From NCBI GenBank assembly GCA_050946535.1, contig JBMNUZ010000011.1, positions 2,262-66,261 of the forward strand: 64,000 nucleotides of DNA, in the 5' to 3' direction. Position numbers and translations under genes: made by a program. The first letter of the stretch is position 1; each line of letters begins with the position of its first letter. Source of the DNA: Anaerovoracaceae bacterium. Lineage in GTDB: Bacteria; Bacillota; Clostridia; Peptostreptococcales; Anaerovoracaceae. A model generated the notes under the pieces. That model had not been told where the DNA came from. It searched no databases and saw only the letters and a list, made by a program, of their open reading frames with translations. Below, in pieces: positions 45,834-57,018 of this stretch.

Positions 45834-46718
45834 CTACTGGGCGCCGCTGACTATCTCAGTGATTTCCTGAGTGATGGCACCCTGTCTGACACGATTGTAC
45901 AACAGGGACAAGTCGTCGATCATGTCCTTCGCGTTCGTAGTGGCGTTGTCCATAGCGGTCATTCGCGCGTTCTGCTCGCATGCGAACGACTCGACGATAG
46001 CGCCGTAGATGAGTCCCTTTACATAGTTAGGAACTATGTGCCTGAGGACTTCTTCAGGCGAAGGCGAGAATATCGGCTCCTCCAGATCTTCGTCGAGCTG
46101 CGGAGCATCTTCGAACATACCCCTGGTAAGCGGAAGAATCCTCATGATCTTCGGTTCGAAAAGCATCGAATTTATCATCTTGGTGTAAACCACGTAGATT
46201 TCGTCGAATTCGTCGTTCAGAAATCTATCGATTACATCTTCCGCTATTTCCCTTGCGCGGTACATCTTAGGGTCGGTGCAAGGGTATATGTGTTCTTCGT
46301 CAATTTCAACGTCGTCGCGGCCTCTGAAATATGTCAGCCCCATGTGGCCCACGAGAATAACCGTGTTAACAGGATCGACGGTTTCATCGGCCGATTCAAT
46401 CTTTTCGTCTACAAGCTTGAAGACGTTGTGGTTGTACGCGCCTGCAAGTCCCTTGTCCGACGAAACGACGATGAAGCATCTTTTCTTGCGCTCTCTTCCG
46501 GATCTGTTTTCGAACAGTCCTTCTTCGGAGAGCTCAGGCGTTCTGATCAGTATATCGTTGATAGTCGCCTGAAGCGTGTCGAAATACGGTGCCGTGGCAT
46601 CGCGGCCGCTTCTTGCCTTTCTGAGCTTTGACGAAGATATGAGATACATGGCATTGGTGATTTTCATCGTGTCTTTTACGCTGTTTATCCTCGAACGGAT
46701 TTCCTGCATACTTGCCAT
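45834..46718 (-). CDS. atpG: F1 ATP synthase subunit gamma
   Basis: MASMQEIRSRINSVKDTMKITNAM and a C-terminal ITQEITEIVSGA. Confidence 0.95.
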   Translation of the reverse strand: MASMQEIRSRINSVKDTMKITNAMYLISSSKLRKARSGRDATAPYFDTLQATINDILIRTPELSEEGLFENRSGRERKKRCFIVVSSDKGLAGAYNHNVFKLVDEKIESADETVDPVNTVILVGHMGLTYFRGRDDVEIDEEHIYPCTDPKMYRAREIAEDVIDRFLNDEFDEIYVVYTKMINSMLFEPKIMRILPLTRGMFEDAPQLDEDLEEPIFSPSPEEVLRHIVPNYVKGLIYGAIVESFACEQNARMTAMDNATTNAKDMIDDLSLLYNRVRQGAITQEITEIVSGAQ

Positions 46719-46726
46719 GATATCAC

Positions 46727-48229
46727 CTACCTGTCTTTGTATTCTTTCGCTGCCGCCATGATTCTGTCATGCAGATCGTCTGTCATGACCTTCTTGTCCA
46801 TGATCTCATCAATAATATCTTTGTGCGCAGTTTCGAAATACTCGATGAGTCCCTCTCTGAAAGGAAGAATTTCATCTACAGGAACATCGATGAAGTACTT
46901 CTCGTTAGCTACGCAGAGTAGGATTACCTGTTTGTAGAGAGGCATAGGGTTATACAGAGGCTGTTTGAGGAGCTCTATAAGACTCTTGCCGTGTGCAAGC
47001 AGTTCCTTCGTCACATCGTCCAGATCTGAACTGAACTGTGTGAATACCTCCATTTCCCTGTACTGGGCGAGGTCTACACGAAGCGAGCCGGAAACCTGCT
47101 TTTCAATTTTATCCTGAGCTTTACCACCTACACGGGATACCGACAGACCTACGTTTACGGCAGGACGTACACCCGAGAAGAACAGGTCTGTCTCGAGGAA
47201 GATCTGGCCGTCTGTAATTGAAATTACGTTTGTAGGAATATATGCCGATACGTCGCCGGCCTGTGTCTCGATGATAGGCAGTGCAGTCATCGAACCGCCG
47301 CCGTATTCAGGCGCACGTCTGCAGGCACGCTCGAGCAGTCTCGAGTGCAGATAGAATACGTCGCCAGGATAAGCCTCACGTCCAGGCGGTCTGTGGAGCA
47401 GCAGTGACATCGCACGATAAGCCTGAGCGTGTTTGCTGAGGTCGTCGTATACGATGAGCACGTCCTTCTGCTCGTCCATGAAGTGTTCTCCGATAGCCGC
47501 ACCTGTATAAGGAGCCAGGTACTGCAGCGGAGCAGGTTCGTTTGCCGGAGCGTTGATTACGATGGTGTAATCCATGGCTCCGTATTTTTTAAGTGTGGAA
47601 ACCGTCTTGGCAACCGACGACGACTTCTGGCCTATTGCAACATAGATGCAGATAACGCCGTTGCCCTTCTGGTTGATTATTGTATCTATGGCGATGGAAG
47701 TTTTACCAGTCTGTCTGTCGCCGATGATCAGTTCTCTCTGGCCGCGGCCGATAGGGAACATCGAGTCGATCGACAGGATACCTGTCATGAGCGGCTCGGA
47801 TACTTCTTTTCTTGTGATTACGCCAGGAGCCTTGTGCTCGATAGGTCTGTAATCTCCGCCCTTTATAGGGCCAAGACCGTCGATAGGCTCTCCGATGGCG
47901 TTTATAACGCGGCCGAGCATATCGTCGCCTACATCTACACCGGCTTCATTACCTGTGCGTTTTACTGACGAGCCCTCAACAAGGCCGTGGTCGGTTCCGA
48001 ACAGTACGCAGCCGACGGACTTTGGCTCAAGGTTCTGCGCCATGCCGACAGTTCCGTTTTCGAACTCCACCAGCTCGCCGTATTTAACATGCTGCATGCC
48101 GTAAACCTGAGCGATACCATCGCCTAAGCTGATGATATGTCCGGTTTCCTCGACATTCGCATCGTTATTGTAATTTTCTATTTCGTCTTTTAATACCGAA
48201 ATAATTCTCTGCGAATCATTCTTACTCAA
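46727..48229 (-). CDS. atpA: F1 ATP synthase subunit alpha
   Basis: [12 protein letters not shown]-loop. TTG start 3 nt after GAGAGGTGAG. Confidence 0.97.
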   Translation of the reverse strand: MSKNDSQRIISVLKDEIENYNNDANVEETGHIISLGDGIAQVYGMQHVKYGELVEFENGTVGMAQNLEPKSVGCVLFGTDHGLVEGSSVKRTGNEAGVDVGDDMLGRVINAIGEPIDGLGPIKGGDYRPIEHKAPGVITRKEVSEPLMTGILSIDSMFPIGRGQRELIIGDRQTGKTSIAIDTIINQKGNGVICIYVAIGQKSSSVAKTVSTLKKYGAMDYTIVINAPANEPAPLQYLAPYTGAAIGEHFMDEQKDVLIVYDDLSKHAQAYRAMSLLLHRPPGREAYPGDVFYLHSRLLERACRRAPEYGGGSMTALPIIETQAGDVSAYIPTNVISITDGQIFLETDLFFSGVRPAVNVGLSVSRVGGKAQDKIEKQVSGSLRVDLAQYREMEVFTQFSSDLDDVTKELLAHGKSLIELLKQPLYNPMPLYKQVILLCVANEKYFIDVPVDEILPFREGLIEYFETAHKDIIDEIMDKKVMTDDLHDRIMAAAKEYKDR

Positions 48230-48233
48230 ATTC

Positions 48234-48737
48234 TCACCTCTCTGCGAAATGACGTCTAAGTTTCTGAATAGAAGTCTTTACACTCTGGTCGAGAACATAA
48301 TCTCCTACTGTGAGCACGAAACCGCCGATCAGCGATTTATCCTCAACAAGGTTCAGCTCAACACTATCTTTTTTGTAATCTTTCGCGATCTTCTGCTTCA
48401 GTTTGCTGATCTGAGCGTCATCCGGTTCTGTCACGTATCTGAACTCAGCCGCTACAGCATTCCTGTCGTCGAGCACGAGCGTGTCATATGCGGAAAACAT
48501 CGCTTCCGCGTATTCCACATCCCCGTTGTCACTCATAACTTTAAAAAAGTTTCTCGTAGATTCCGGAAACAGTTTGTCTATGACGTCGCGCTTTTCGGAC
48601 TTGCTGACTATCGGACTTGTGAGCGCTTCCGTGAGTTCTTCCGATTCAGAGAGAAGTACGCGGGCAGTCTCAATATCGCCAGGATCCAAGTGCAGATCAA
48701 AGAGCACTCTGGCATAATTGTCCGGTATACTCGTCAT
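48234..48737 (-). CDS. atpH: F1 ATP synthase subunit delta
   Basis: 167 aa; position between atpF and atpA; OSCP-like sequence. ATGA overlap with atpF. Confidence 0.88.
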   Translation of the reverse strand: MTSIPDNYARVLFDLHLDPGDIETARVLLSESEELTEALTSPIVSKSEKRDVIDKLFPESTRNFFKVMSDNGDVEYAEAMFSAYDTLVLDDRNAVAAEFRYVTEPDDAQISKLKQKIAKDYKKDSVELNLVEDKSLIGGFVLTVGDYVLDQSVKTSIQKLRRHFAER

Positions 48738-49219
48738 CTGTCCGTCCCCTCTCCAGCAAGGTATTTATCCAGCATTGCGCGGTTTGACTCATCATTGACG
48801 CTTTCGCCGATCAGTTTGACAGCCGCTGCCATTGCTACGTCAGCAAGCTCACTCTGAGCGCTTCTCATCATCTGATCGCGATCGAGCTCTGCAGTCTTGT
48901 GAGCCTGTTCCATGATCTGTTTCGCGTCTCCATTTGCCTTATCTACAATCTGGTCGTACTGTACCTTGGCGCGGTCCTTCGCGCTGTTTACGATGCGCGC
49001 GGACTCCTCTTTCGCATTGCTGAGAGATGATTCGTATTTGTCTCTCAGTTCTCCTGCTTCTTTGTTCTTCGCTTCGGCAGAATCAATCTCACCCTGAATG
49101 AGATTAGTACGCTTGTCCATGATGTTCTTGATAGGACCGAAAAGAAATATCTTGAGCAGGAAGTAGAGTACAATTAAGTTGAATACGATCCAGAAGACAT
49201 TCCAATTTAACGTGAGCAC
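48734..49219 (-). CDS. atpF: Fo ATP synthase subunit b
   Basis: Single N-terminal TM segment followed by a long charged helix. GTG start 7 nt after GGAGG. Confidence 0.9.
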   Translation of the reverse strand: MLTLNWNVFWIVFNLIVLYFLLKIFLFGPIKNIMDKRTNLIQGEIDSAEAKNKEAGELRDKYESSLSNAKEESARIVNSAKDRAKVQYDQIVDKANGDAKQIMEQAHKTAELDRDQMMRSAQSELADVAMAAAVKLIGESVNDESNRAMLDKYLAGEGTDR

Positions 49220-49308
49220 GCTATTGCCTCCAATACTTCTCCTTTAGATACCACTAATAATTTCTCCGCCTGTCTGTCAGGCAAAGTCTCGATTATGCCC
49301 ATAAACAC

Positions 49309-49536
49309 CTAACCGAGCATTATTATGATAAGGAGTGCTACTACGAGGCCGTAAATAGCGGTTGCTTCTGCAAGTGCGCATCCGAGAATAAGAGTACCGT
49401 TGATTGCGCCTCTTGCTTCCGGCTGTCTTGCAACTGCTTCTGATGCCTTTGATGTTGCTATACCGATACCGATTCCGCCGCCAAAACCAGTGAGAACTGC
49501 GATTCCAGCGCCAATTGCGATTAATCCAGTAGCCAT
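49309..49536 (-). CDS. atpE: Fo ATP synthase subunit c
   Basis: 75-aa helical hairpin with an ARQPEA loop and carboxylate in ALAEATAIY. Confidence 0.95.
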   Translation of the reverse strand: MATGLIAIGAGIAVLTGFGGGIGIGIATSKASEAVARQPEARGAINGTLILGCALAEATAIYGLVVALLIIIMLG

Positions 49537-49612
49537 AATAATTAATCCTCCTAAAAATCTTTTTACATTAATTAAAGGAATTGTTGTCTGATTTTTGATA
49601 CCGTCGTCCGCC

Positions 49613-49648
49613 GCGGCAATTTCTGTGCGCGTGGCAATTTCTATGCGG
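49613..49648. repeat. 18-nt imperfect tandem duplication in the atpB-atpE spacer
   Basis: GCGGCAATTTCTGTGCGC (49613-49630) and GTGGCAATTTCTATGCGG (49631-49648) match at 15 of 18 positions. Confidence 0.8.
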
Positions 49649-49698
49649 CGTAAACACGGCTCTTGGTCAAATTTAACGGGAATTCAACGAGCGATATA

Positions 49699-50388
49699 TT
49701 AATCTTCGTCTTCCATCGCCTCACTAATATACATTGATGTCAGGAAACTGAATACAAATGCCTGGAGCAAACCATCGAACATATCGAAATATGCACTGGC
49801 GAGCAGCGGTACAACTGCAGGAATCTGATATATGATCAGTTCCATTATGATATACGCACCGAGTATGTTTCCGTAGAGTCGCATGCAGAGTGACAGCGGC
49901 TTGATACCGATTTCAAGTACATTAAGAGGTGTAATGATTGCGCTAGGATATGCAAAATGCTTTACCCATTTGCCGAAGCCTCTGTAGCTTATGCCCGCAT
50001 AAATTACCAATACTATACTCATAAGGGCCAGTCCGGCAGCGACGTTCATGTCCTTTGTCGGCGGCTGTATACCGCACAAGCCAAGCATGTTGGAAACGCC
50101 AAGGTAAAGGATTACTGTGAGCAGGTAAGGAATAAATCGCTTTCCCTTTTCACCGAGTATTCCGTAGAATACCTTATAAAGCATACCCATGAACCATTCG
50201 AGAAGCGCCTGTCTGCCCTTCGGGACTATTTCCATCTTCCTCGTAAAGAATATCGACAGAAGAACGAGAAATAACATTACTCCCCAAGTCGTTATGCACG
50301 ACTGAGGAACTTTGAAAGTAAAGGAACCTGGTATAATGTCGACCATTTTATACGCAAGCTTTGCAGACAGCTCTTCACCCATACTCAA
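49699..50388 (-). CDS. atpB: Fo ATP synthase subunit a
   Basis: 229 aa, polytopic, with the conserved Arg region LSLCMRLYGNILGA. TTG start 8 nt after GGAGGT (the ATG at 50382 is an alternative). Confidence 0.93.
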   Translation of the reverse strand: MSMGEELSAKLAYKMVDIIPGSFTFKVPQSCITTWGVMLFLVLLSIFFTRKMEIVPKGRQALLEWFMGMLYKVFYGILGEKGKRFIPYLLTVILYLGVSNMLGLCGIQPPTKDMNVAAGLALMSIVLVIYAGISYRGFGKWVKHFAYPSAIITPLNVLEIGIKPLSLCMRLYGNILGAYIIMELIIYQIPAVVPLLASAYFDMFDGLLQAFVFSFLTSMYISEAMEDED

Positions 50389-50958
50389 CCTAGATCACCT
50401 CCTTCATCAAAAATAGATAATAATACCTTTTCACAGAAAAAAGCACCTGCTTTTAACTGTACAAATTTCAATATATCACATTACAGCGGAAAAACAATAA
50501 TAAAATCGTGCAAAACGGCCCGTAGCAGTCTGTATTTTGCAAGTATTCAGAATACAATATAAGAATCGTGTTCCGTCGATACTTTACAGCTATTTTTTCA
50601 TTCTTTTACACTGTCGGAATAATTTTGCGTACATTCTGCTGTAAGATCATATTGATGGTTTATTTTATCACAATTAAATAAAATTACGTTCTTTTCCGTC
50701 AAATATATCTTAAAAATCCTCAAAAAATATTCATTTATACACACTATAATTAGCATTTGCATATACATATACACATGTACATATTTAGAAAGAGATATTG
50801 TGACAAAAATTTAACATTTTTACCCGCCCCGATGCGCGGCACTTCTTATAACTGGAAGCCTGTTCAGATGAACGGCACACTGCTTCCACATTTTCCACGT
50901 CAGCAGGCTGGAAGCTGAACGTCCCGCAAGCATTGGCATTAATAATACAATAGGTTTC

Positions 50959-50987
50959 TTGACATCAAAAAAATGCAGACCTATAAT
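50959..50987 (+). promoter_or_regulatory. Consensus sigma-A promoter of ilvE
   Basis: TTGACA (50959-50964), 17-nt spacer, TATAAT (50982-50987). Confidence 0.7.
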
Positions 50988-51076
50988 ATTTATTACTATA
51001 TACATTTATTCATTATTGAATGTTATACACTCATATATTTTATTTCATTTTTTACCATTACAAGGAGTGACAGACA

Positions 51077-52102
51077 ATGGAAAAGAAGAATATCGACTGG
51101 GGAAATCTCACTTTTTCCTATCAGCCTACCGACTACAGATTTGTAGCTAATTATAAGGATGGAAAGTGGGATGAAGGCGAGCTCACGACGGATCCGAACG
51201 TAGTGCTCAACGAGTGCGCGTGCGTATTCCAGTACGCTCAGGAATGCTTCGAGGGTCTCAAAGCATACACTACTGAAGACGGACATATCGTAGCTTTCCG
51301 CCCGGACCTCAACGCTGAAAGAATGGCAAACTCCGCAAGAAGACTGGAGATGCCTCCTTATCCTGAGGACAAATTCCTCGAAGCGATAGACAAAGTCATC
51401 CTCGCAAACGAGGCGTGGGTACCTCCTTTCGGATCGGGCGCTTCATTATACATCAGACCGTACATGTTCGGAAGCTCACCAGTCATTGGCGTCGCTCCTG
51501 CCGAAGAATATCAGTTCAGAATCCTGACTACTCCTGTAGGTCCTTATTTCAAGAGCGGCATCAAGCCTATCACGATCAAGGTCAGCGATTTCGACAGAGC
51601 TGCGCCTCACGGCACGGGCCACATCAAGGCAGGCCTCAACTATGCGATGAGTCTCCACGCGATCATCACCGCTCACAAAGAGGGATTCGCTGAAAACATG
51701 TACCTCGACCCTGCTACAAGAACTTACGTAGAAGAAACGGGCGGAGCAAACTTCATCTTCGTTACAAAAGACGGTACTGTAGTCACTCCTAAGTCAGACA
51801 GCATACTTCCTTCAGTAACCCGCCGTTCGCTCATGTACATCGCAAAAGAAATGCTCGGCATGAAGACAGAGGAACGCCCTGTACGCTTCGACGAGGTCAA
51901 GGACTTTGCTGAATGCGGACTCTGCGGAACTGCAGCGGTCATCTCGCCTGTCGGCGCTATCAACGACCACGGCAATCTCATCAAGTTCCCGAGCGGAATG
52001 GACGAGATGGGTCCTGTTCTCACGAAGCTCTACGAAACTATCACAGGTATCCAGCAGTGCAAGATCGAAGGTCCTGAAGGCTGGGTAAGAGTTATCAAAT
52101 AA
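51077..52102 (+). CDS. ilvE: Branched-chain amino acid aminotransferase
   Basis: 341 aa; class IV aminotransferase pattern (ECFEGLKAY, GTGHIKAGLNY). AAGGAG RBS. Confidence 0.93.
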   Translation: MEKKNIDWGNLTFSYQPTDYRFVANYKDGKWDEGELTTDPNVVLNECACVFQYAQECFEGLKAYTTEDGHIVAFRPDLNAERMANSARRLEMPPYPEDKFLEAIDKVILANEAWVPPFGSGASLYIRPYMFGSSPVIGVAPAEEYQFRILTTPVGPYFKSGIKPITIKVSDFDRAAPHGTGHIKAGLNYAMSLHAIITAHKEGFAENMYLDPATRTYVEETGGANFIFVTKDGTVVTPKSDSILPSVTRRSLMYIAKEMLGMKTEERPVRFDEVKDFAECGLCGTAAVISPVGAINDHGNLIKFPSGMDEMGPVLTKLYETITGIQQCKIEGPEGWVRVIK

Positions 52103-52186
52103 GTTTCGTCAAGATCAATAAATGATTTTCGGGACTGCGTTTACGGGCTCGAGTTCAAGCCCTGCCGCGCAAAACTTCACAACAGC

Positions 52187-52221
52187 AAAAAAGAGAATCC
52201 GTCAACCGGATTCTCTTTTTA
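52187..52221. terminator. Bidirectional terminator (ilvE / pncB)
   Basis: 10-bp stem AGAGAATCCG/CGGATTCTCT flanked by AAAAA on the left and TTTTT on the right. Confidence 0.8.
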
Positions 52222-52266
52222 ATTTGCATTGATTTGTAATTATCGCCGCTGATTGTGGTCTTTAAA

Positions 52267-53742
52267 TTAATCTCTGTTCTCTATTGACTTTCCGTGTTCG
52301 TTCAGCAGTCTGTCCTTAAGAGCCCACAGGCGCTTGGAAAGGTCTACGTAATAACCGTGAGGATTCTCGAAACGCTTGATCTCGTCCCAGAGGTTGTCGA
52401 TCTCGGAATGGCAGAAATCCCTGATCTCATCGAGCGACGGAGAATCGTATACGAGTTCTCCTTTTTTGAAGATCTGGACCTGAAGCTCGCGGATCTCGTA
52501 ATTTTCTATGATCTTGCGCTTCCAGATATGAGCCGGATCGAAGATCTCGAACGGACTTCCTTCCGGAATTCTGTCGTCGGCAAGCGTTATAACGTCGCCG
52601 AGCGCCTTTTTCGTATCCTTGTCGAAGATCCTGTAGACCTTCTTGAATCCCGGATTCGTAATTTTCTCGGTATTTTCGCTGACCTTGATTTTAGGTTCGA
52701 TTTTGCCGTTTCTTTCGATGGCGGAAAGCTTGTACACTCCGCCGAACACAGGATTCGACTCCGCAGTTATCAGACGTTCGCCGACGCCGAACGAATCGAC
52801 GCACGCTCCCTCGTCCATTATTCCTCTGATGACGTATTCGTCAAACGAATTTGACGCTACGATACTGCAGTCCTCGAGACCAGCGTCGTCGAGGATCTTC
52901 CTGCATCTCTTCGAAAGATAAGTAATGTCGCCGCTGTCGATTCTTATGCCCTTCTTCGCAGGATTCTTTTCCTTGAATACCTTGATCGCGTTCGGAAGGC
53001 CCGATTTGAGGACATCGTACGTGTCGATAAGAAGAACGCAGTTGTTAGGGAAAAGATCCGCGAATTTAGAAAACGCTTCGTACTCGGAATCAAACGACTG
53101 CACCCAGCTGTGCGCCATCGTGCCCATCGCCGGAATGCCGTAGATTTCGTCAGCGATCGTGCACGCTGTACCGACAGCTCCTCCGATGTAAGCCGCTCTC
53201 GCGCCGAGCACCGCGGCCGACGCGCCCTGGGCTCTCCTGCTTCCGAATTCCATGACGCCGCGGCCTCTCGCAGCTCTGACGATTCTGTTCGTCTTTGTGG
53301 CGATCAGCGTCTGGTGATTGATAGTCAGCAGCAGGAATGTCTCGAGCATCTGAGCCTGAATTATCGGACCTCTCACCGTGACCAGCGGCTCATAAGGAAA
53401 TATCGGTGTTCCCTCAGGAATGGCCCAGACGTCGCACTCGAATTTGAAATTTTTCAGATATTCGAGGAAGTCTTCTGAGAATTCTCCCTTGCTGCGCAGG
53501 AATTCGATGTCATTGTCGGTGAACTTCAAATTCTGCATGTAGCTGATGAGCTGCTCGAGCCCGGCCATGATCGCAAAACCGCCGTTGTCAGGAATCTTTC
53601 TGAAGAACATATCGAAGTAGCCTATTTCTTCAGCCCTGTCTGTCTCGAAATAACCGTTCGCCATGGTCAGTTCATAATAGTCGGTGAGCATCGTATTGTT
53701 AAGTGCAGGATACTCACTCTGTGTTTCACTGTTTGTCTGCAT
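52267..53742 (-). CDS. pncB: Nicotinate phosphoribosyltransferase
   Basis: LTDYYELTMANGYF N-terminus; 491 aa. Confidence 0.93.
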   Translation of the reverse strand: MQTNSETQSEYPALNNTMLTDYYELTMANGYFETDRAEEIGYFDMFFRKIPDNGGFAIMAGLEQLISYMQNLKFTDNDIEFLRSKGEFSEDFLEYLKNFKFECDVWAIPEGTPIFPYEPLVTVRGPIIQAQMLETFLLLTINHQTLIATKTNRIVRAARGRGVMEFGSRRAQGASAAVLGARAAYIGGAVGTACTIADEIYGIPAMGTMAHSWVQSFDSEYEAFSKFADLFPNNCVLLIDTYDVLKSGLPNAIKVFKEKNPAKKGIRIDSGDITYLSKRCRKILDDAGLEDCSIVASNSFDEYVIRGIMDEGACVDSFGVGERLITAESNPVFGGVYKLSAIERNGKIEPKIKVSENTEKITNPGFKKVYRIFDKDTKKALGDVITLADDRIPEGSPFEIFDPAHIWKRKIIENYEIRELQVQIFKKGELVYDSPSLDEIRDFCHSEIDNLWDEIKRFENPHGYYVDLSKRLWALKDRLLNEHGKSIENRD

Positions 53743-53796
53743 GATTCACATCCTCCTCCGCAGCTTATGATGCGGCTCCCATTCGTTATTGTTTTT

Positions 53797-53825
53797 ACTC
53801 TAGTAAAATAAACTGAATATGTCAA
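53797..53825 (-). promoter_or_regulatory. Candidate pncB promoter
   Basis: On the - strand: TTGACA (53820-53825), 17-nt spacer, TAGAGT (53797-53802). Confidence 0.45.
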
Positions 53826-53899
53826 CTGCATATTTTAAGCAAAGGGTATGTAAATTTCATATTAAACACATGCCGGAGCCCTTGCATTTCATCATTTTT

Positions 53900-56743
53900 T
53901 CACCCGAGAAGTTTTTTTAGATATTTTCCTGTATACGACTTTTCGCATGCGGCGATCTCCTCAGGAGTACCCTGAGCGACTATAGTGCCCCCGCGGTCAC
54001 CGCCCTCCGGACCGAGGTCAATGATATAGTCCGCGCACTTGATGACATCCAGATTGTGTTCGATGACGATGACCGTATTGCCTGCGTCGACGAGTTTCTG
54101 AAGCACCTGCAGCAGTTTGTCGACATCCGCGAAGTGAAGTCCTGTCGTAGGTTCGTCCAGTACGTAAAGCGTCTTGCCTGTCATGCGCTTTGACAGCTCC
54201 GAAGCGAGCTTTATTCTCTGTGCCTCGCCGCCCGAGAGCTGCGTCGAAGGCTGCCCTAACTTTATATAGCCGAGGCCGACGTCGTACAGTGTCTGAAGCT
54301 GTCTCTTTATCGCCGGTATGTTCTCGAAGAATCCGAGCGCCTCTTCCACGTTCATATCGAGCACATCGCTGATGTTCTTGCCTTTATACTTCACTTCCAG
54401 CGTCTCTCTGTTGTACCGCTTTCCGTGGCACACCTCGCACGGCACATATACGTCAGGCAGGAAATTCATCTCTATCTTGATGATGCCGTCTCCGCCGCAC
54501 GATTCGCACCTGCCGCCCTTTACGTTGAAGCTGAATCTTCCCTTGGAAAATCCTCTCATCTTCGCGTCCTGCGTCTCGGCAAAGAGCGTTCTGATATGCG
54601 TGAAGACTCCTGTGTAGGTCGCAGGGTTTGACCGCGGAGTCCTTCCTATCGGGGACTGATCTATGTTGATTATCTTGTCAATGTTTTCGTAGCCGGTTAT
54701 TTCTCTGCACTTTCCCGGCTGCGCCGAGGAACGCATGATCTTCTGGGACAGTCCCTTCGCAAGTATTTCATTTACGAGGCTGCTCTTGCCGGAGCCTGAA
54801 ACGCCTGTAACGCAAGTGAACGTACCGAGCGGGAAGTCGACGTCGATATCTTTTAGGTTGTTTTCGGCAGCTCCCAGGACGTGGATGAATTTCCCGTTTC
54901 CCGGTCTTCTCACCTCCGGCACTTCTATCTTCCGTTTGCCTGAAAGATACTGTCCCGTGATCGATTCAGGGCACGCCTTGATGTCCTCGACTGTACCCTG
55001 CGCCACTACGGTTCCGCCGTGGATGCCGGCGCCCGGTCCGATGTCGACGATGTGATCCGCTGCGTACATCGTATCTTCATCGTGTTCTACTACGATCAGC
55101 GTATTTCCGATGTCGGTAAGGTGGCGCAGCGTCGCGAGCAGCCTGTCGTTGTCACGCTGGTGAAGTCCTATGCTCGGCTCGTCGAGAATATAGAGGACTC
55201 CGACCAGGCCTGAGCCGATCTGAGTCGCCAGCCTTATACGCTGCGATTCACCTCCCGAAAGAGTGGCTGCCGATCTGGAAAGCGTAAGGTACTCGAGTCC
55301 TACGTCCGAGAGGAATGTGAGCCTGCTCCTTATCTCTTTCAAAATCAGGCGCGCTATGATCGCCTTTCTGTTGTCGAGTTTCAAATTGTCGAGGAATTCG
55401 AGCTCGTCTCTGACGGTCATGTGGCAGAACTCCATGATGTTTATCCCGCCGACCGTGACCGCAAGCACTTCGGGGCGCAGACGTTCTCCTCCGCACTTCC
55501 TGCACGGCCTGACGGTCATGAATTTCTCGATCTTTTCTTTTATAAACGCCGAGTTCGTCTGCTGGTATCTCCGCTCGAGATTCGTGACTATGCCCTCGAA
55601 CTTAGCCCTTCTGTGGACCTCGTCGCCGAGACTGTTCACATAGTAGTAATCTATCTGGCGCCCCTCCGTACCGTACATAAGATCCTTTTTAAAATCTTCG
55701 GGCATGTCCTTGTAAGGCATCGACGTGTCGACGCCGTACACTTTCGCAAGAGCCTTCGTAGATCTCGAATAATACGACATATCGTCGAACATGCCGAACG
55801 ATTTGTTGAATGCTCCGTCGTCGATGCTCCTCTCCGGCTTGTCGACGATGATGTCAGGATCCACGTGCTGTATGAAGCCGATGCCGTTGCACTCCGGGCA
55901 CGCTCCGTAAGGATTGTTGAACGAAAATGTGCGCGGCTCCATCTCGCCTATCGTCACACCGTGTTCCGGGCAGGCGAATTTCGTGCTGAAAAGCCTGTCG
56001 GTGTAGTCTTCGCTGTCCGGTTCTTTTACAGCCGCAACGACAAGTCCGTCTCCCTGCTGTATAGCCAGCTCGACTGCTTCGGAAATTCTTCCCTCAGCGC
56101 CGGGTTTTACGACGATTCTGTCCACTACTATCTCGATCGTGTGTTTGTGTGTTTTTTCGAGCGTGATCTCGTCTTCGTCGAGGCTGAACATCTTGTCGTC
56201 CACGCGCACGCGGTTGAATCCGTCCCTCTTTATCCTCTCGAGTATCTTTTTGTGTTCGCCTTTTTTCTGCTTCACGATCGGTGCCATGATCATTATCCTC
56301 GTCTTTTCAGGATATGCCATGATCATGTCCGTGATCTGATCGACTGACTGGCTCGATATCTCTCTGCCGCATATCGGGCAGTGAGGTGTGCCGACCCTCG
56401 CGTAGAGCAGTCTGAGATAATCGTATATCTCGGTAACGGTACCGACGATCGAACGCGGGTTTTTGCTCGTCGTCTTCTGATCTATCGAAATCGCCGGAGA
56501 GAGTCCCTCGATAGACTCTACATCAGGTTTTTCCATCTGTCCGAGAAACTGCCTCGCGTACGCCGATACGCTCTCCATATATCGTCTCTGCCCTTCTGCA
56601 TATATCGTATCGAACGCCAGCGTAGATTTTCCCGATCCTGAAAGACCTGTGAACACCACCAGTTTGTCCCTCGGTATCTCCAGGCTCACGTTTTTCAGAT
56701 TGTTTTCGTTGGCACCTTTGATCTTAATCGTTTTCTCTGCCAT
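53900..56743 (-). CDS. uvrA: Excinuclease ABC subunit A
   Basis: [14 protein letters not shown], a second P-loop [10 protein letters not shown], and zinc-finger Cys pairs. Confidence 0.98.
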   Translation of the reverse strand: MAEKTIKIKGANENNLKNVSLEIPRDKLVVFTGLSGSGKSTLAFDTIYAEGQRRYMESVSAYARQFLGQMEKPDVESIEGLSPAISIDQKTTSKNPRSIVGTVTEIYDYLRLLYARVGTPHCPICGREISSQSVDQITDMIMAYPEKTRIMIMAPIVKQKKGEHKKILERIKRDGFNRVRVDDKMFSLDEDEITLEKTHKHTIEIVVDRIVVKPGAEGRISEAVELAIQQGDGLVVAAVKEPDSEDYTDRLFSTKFACPEHGVTIGEMEPRTFSFNNPYGACPECNGIGFIQHVDPDIIVDKPERSIDDGAFNKSFGMFDDMSYYSRSTKALAKVYGVDTSMPYKDMPEDFKKDLMYGTEGRQIDYYYVNSLGDEVHRRAKFEGIVTNLERRYQQTNSAFIKEKIEKFMTVRPCRKCGGERLRPEVLAVTVGGINIMEFCHMTVRDELEFLDNLKLDNRKAIIARLILKEIRSRLTFLSDVGLEYLTLSRSAATLSGGESQRIRLATQIGSGLVGVLYILDEPSIGLHQRDNDRLLATLRHLTDIGNTLIVVEHDEDTMYAADHIVDIGPGAGIHGGTVVAQGTVEDIKACPESITGQYLSGKRKIEVPEVRRPGNGKFIHVLGAAENNLKDIDVDFPLGTFTCVTGVSGSGKSSLVNEILAKGLSQKIMRSSAQPGKCREITGYENIDKIINIDQSPIGRTPRSNPATYTGVFTHIRTLFAETQDAKMRGFSKGRFSFNVKGGRCESCGGDGIIKIEMNFLPDVYVPCEVCHGKRYNRETLEVKYKGKNISDVLDMNVEEALGFFENIPAIKRQLQTLYDVGLGYIKLGQPSTQLSGGEAQRIKLASELSKRMTGKTLYVLDEPTTGLHFADVDKLLQVLQKLVDAGNTVIVIEHNLDVIKCADYIIDLGPEGGDRGGTIVAQGTPEEIAACEKSYTGKYLKKLLG

Positions 56744-57018
56744 TTACCGCCTCATGAATTTCCGCCGTGCCATTCCCGCACGGCAGGAATCTACTTTCCT
56801 CTTTCTCTCTGTATCTTTTTATTTCTTCTTTAATATGAATATGCTCTTATATGTTTTATCTGTCTGATTATCTATATGAATATTTTCAGATATCAGACCT
56901 TCATTTACCAGATCCGCAGCCTGTCTGAGCCGGAACTGCGGCCTGACTTAGCCGGAGCTGCGTCTGGAGCCGGTTTAATCCCGCGCACGGGTCACGGCGC
57001 TGCAGTCTCGGCACGGCG

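Noticed and set aside
49309-49536. Checked whether the c subunit is Na+-specific.
   Set aside because: The Gln of the first helix (GQG in Ilyobacter) is Ile here (GIGIG). The motif reads AEAT rather than ES(T). The enzyme is most likely proton-coupled.
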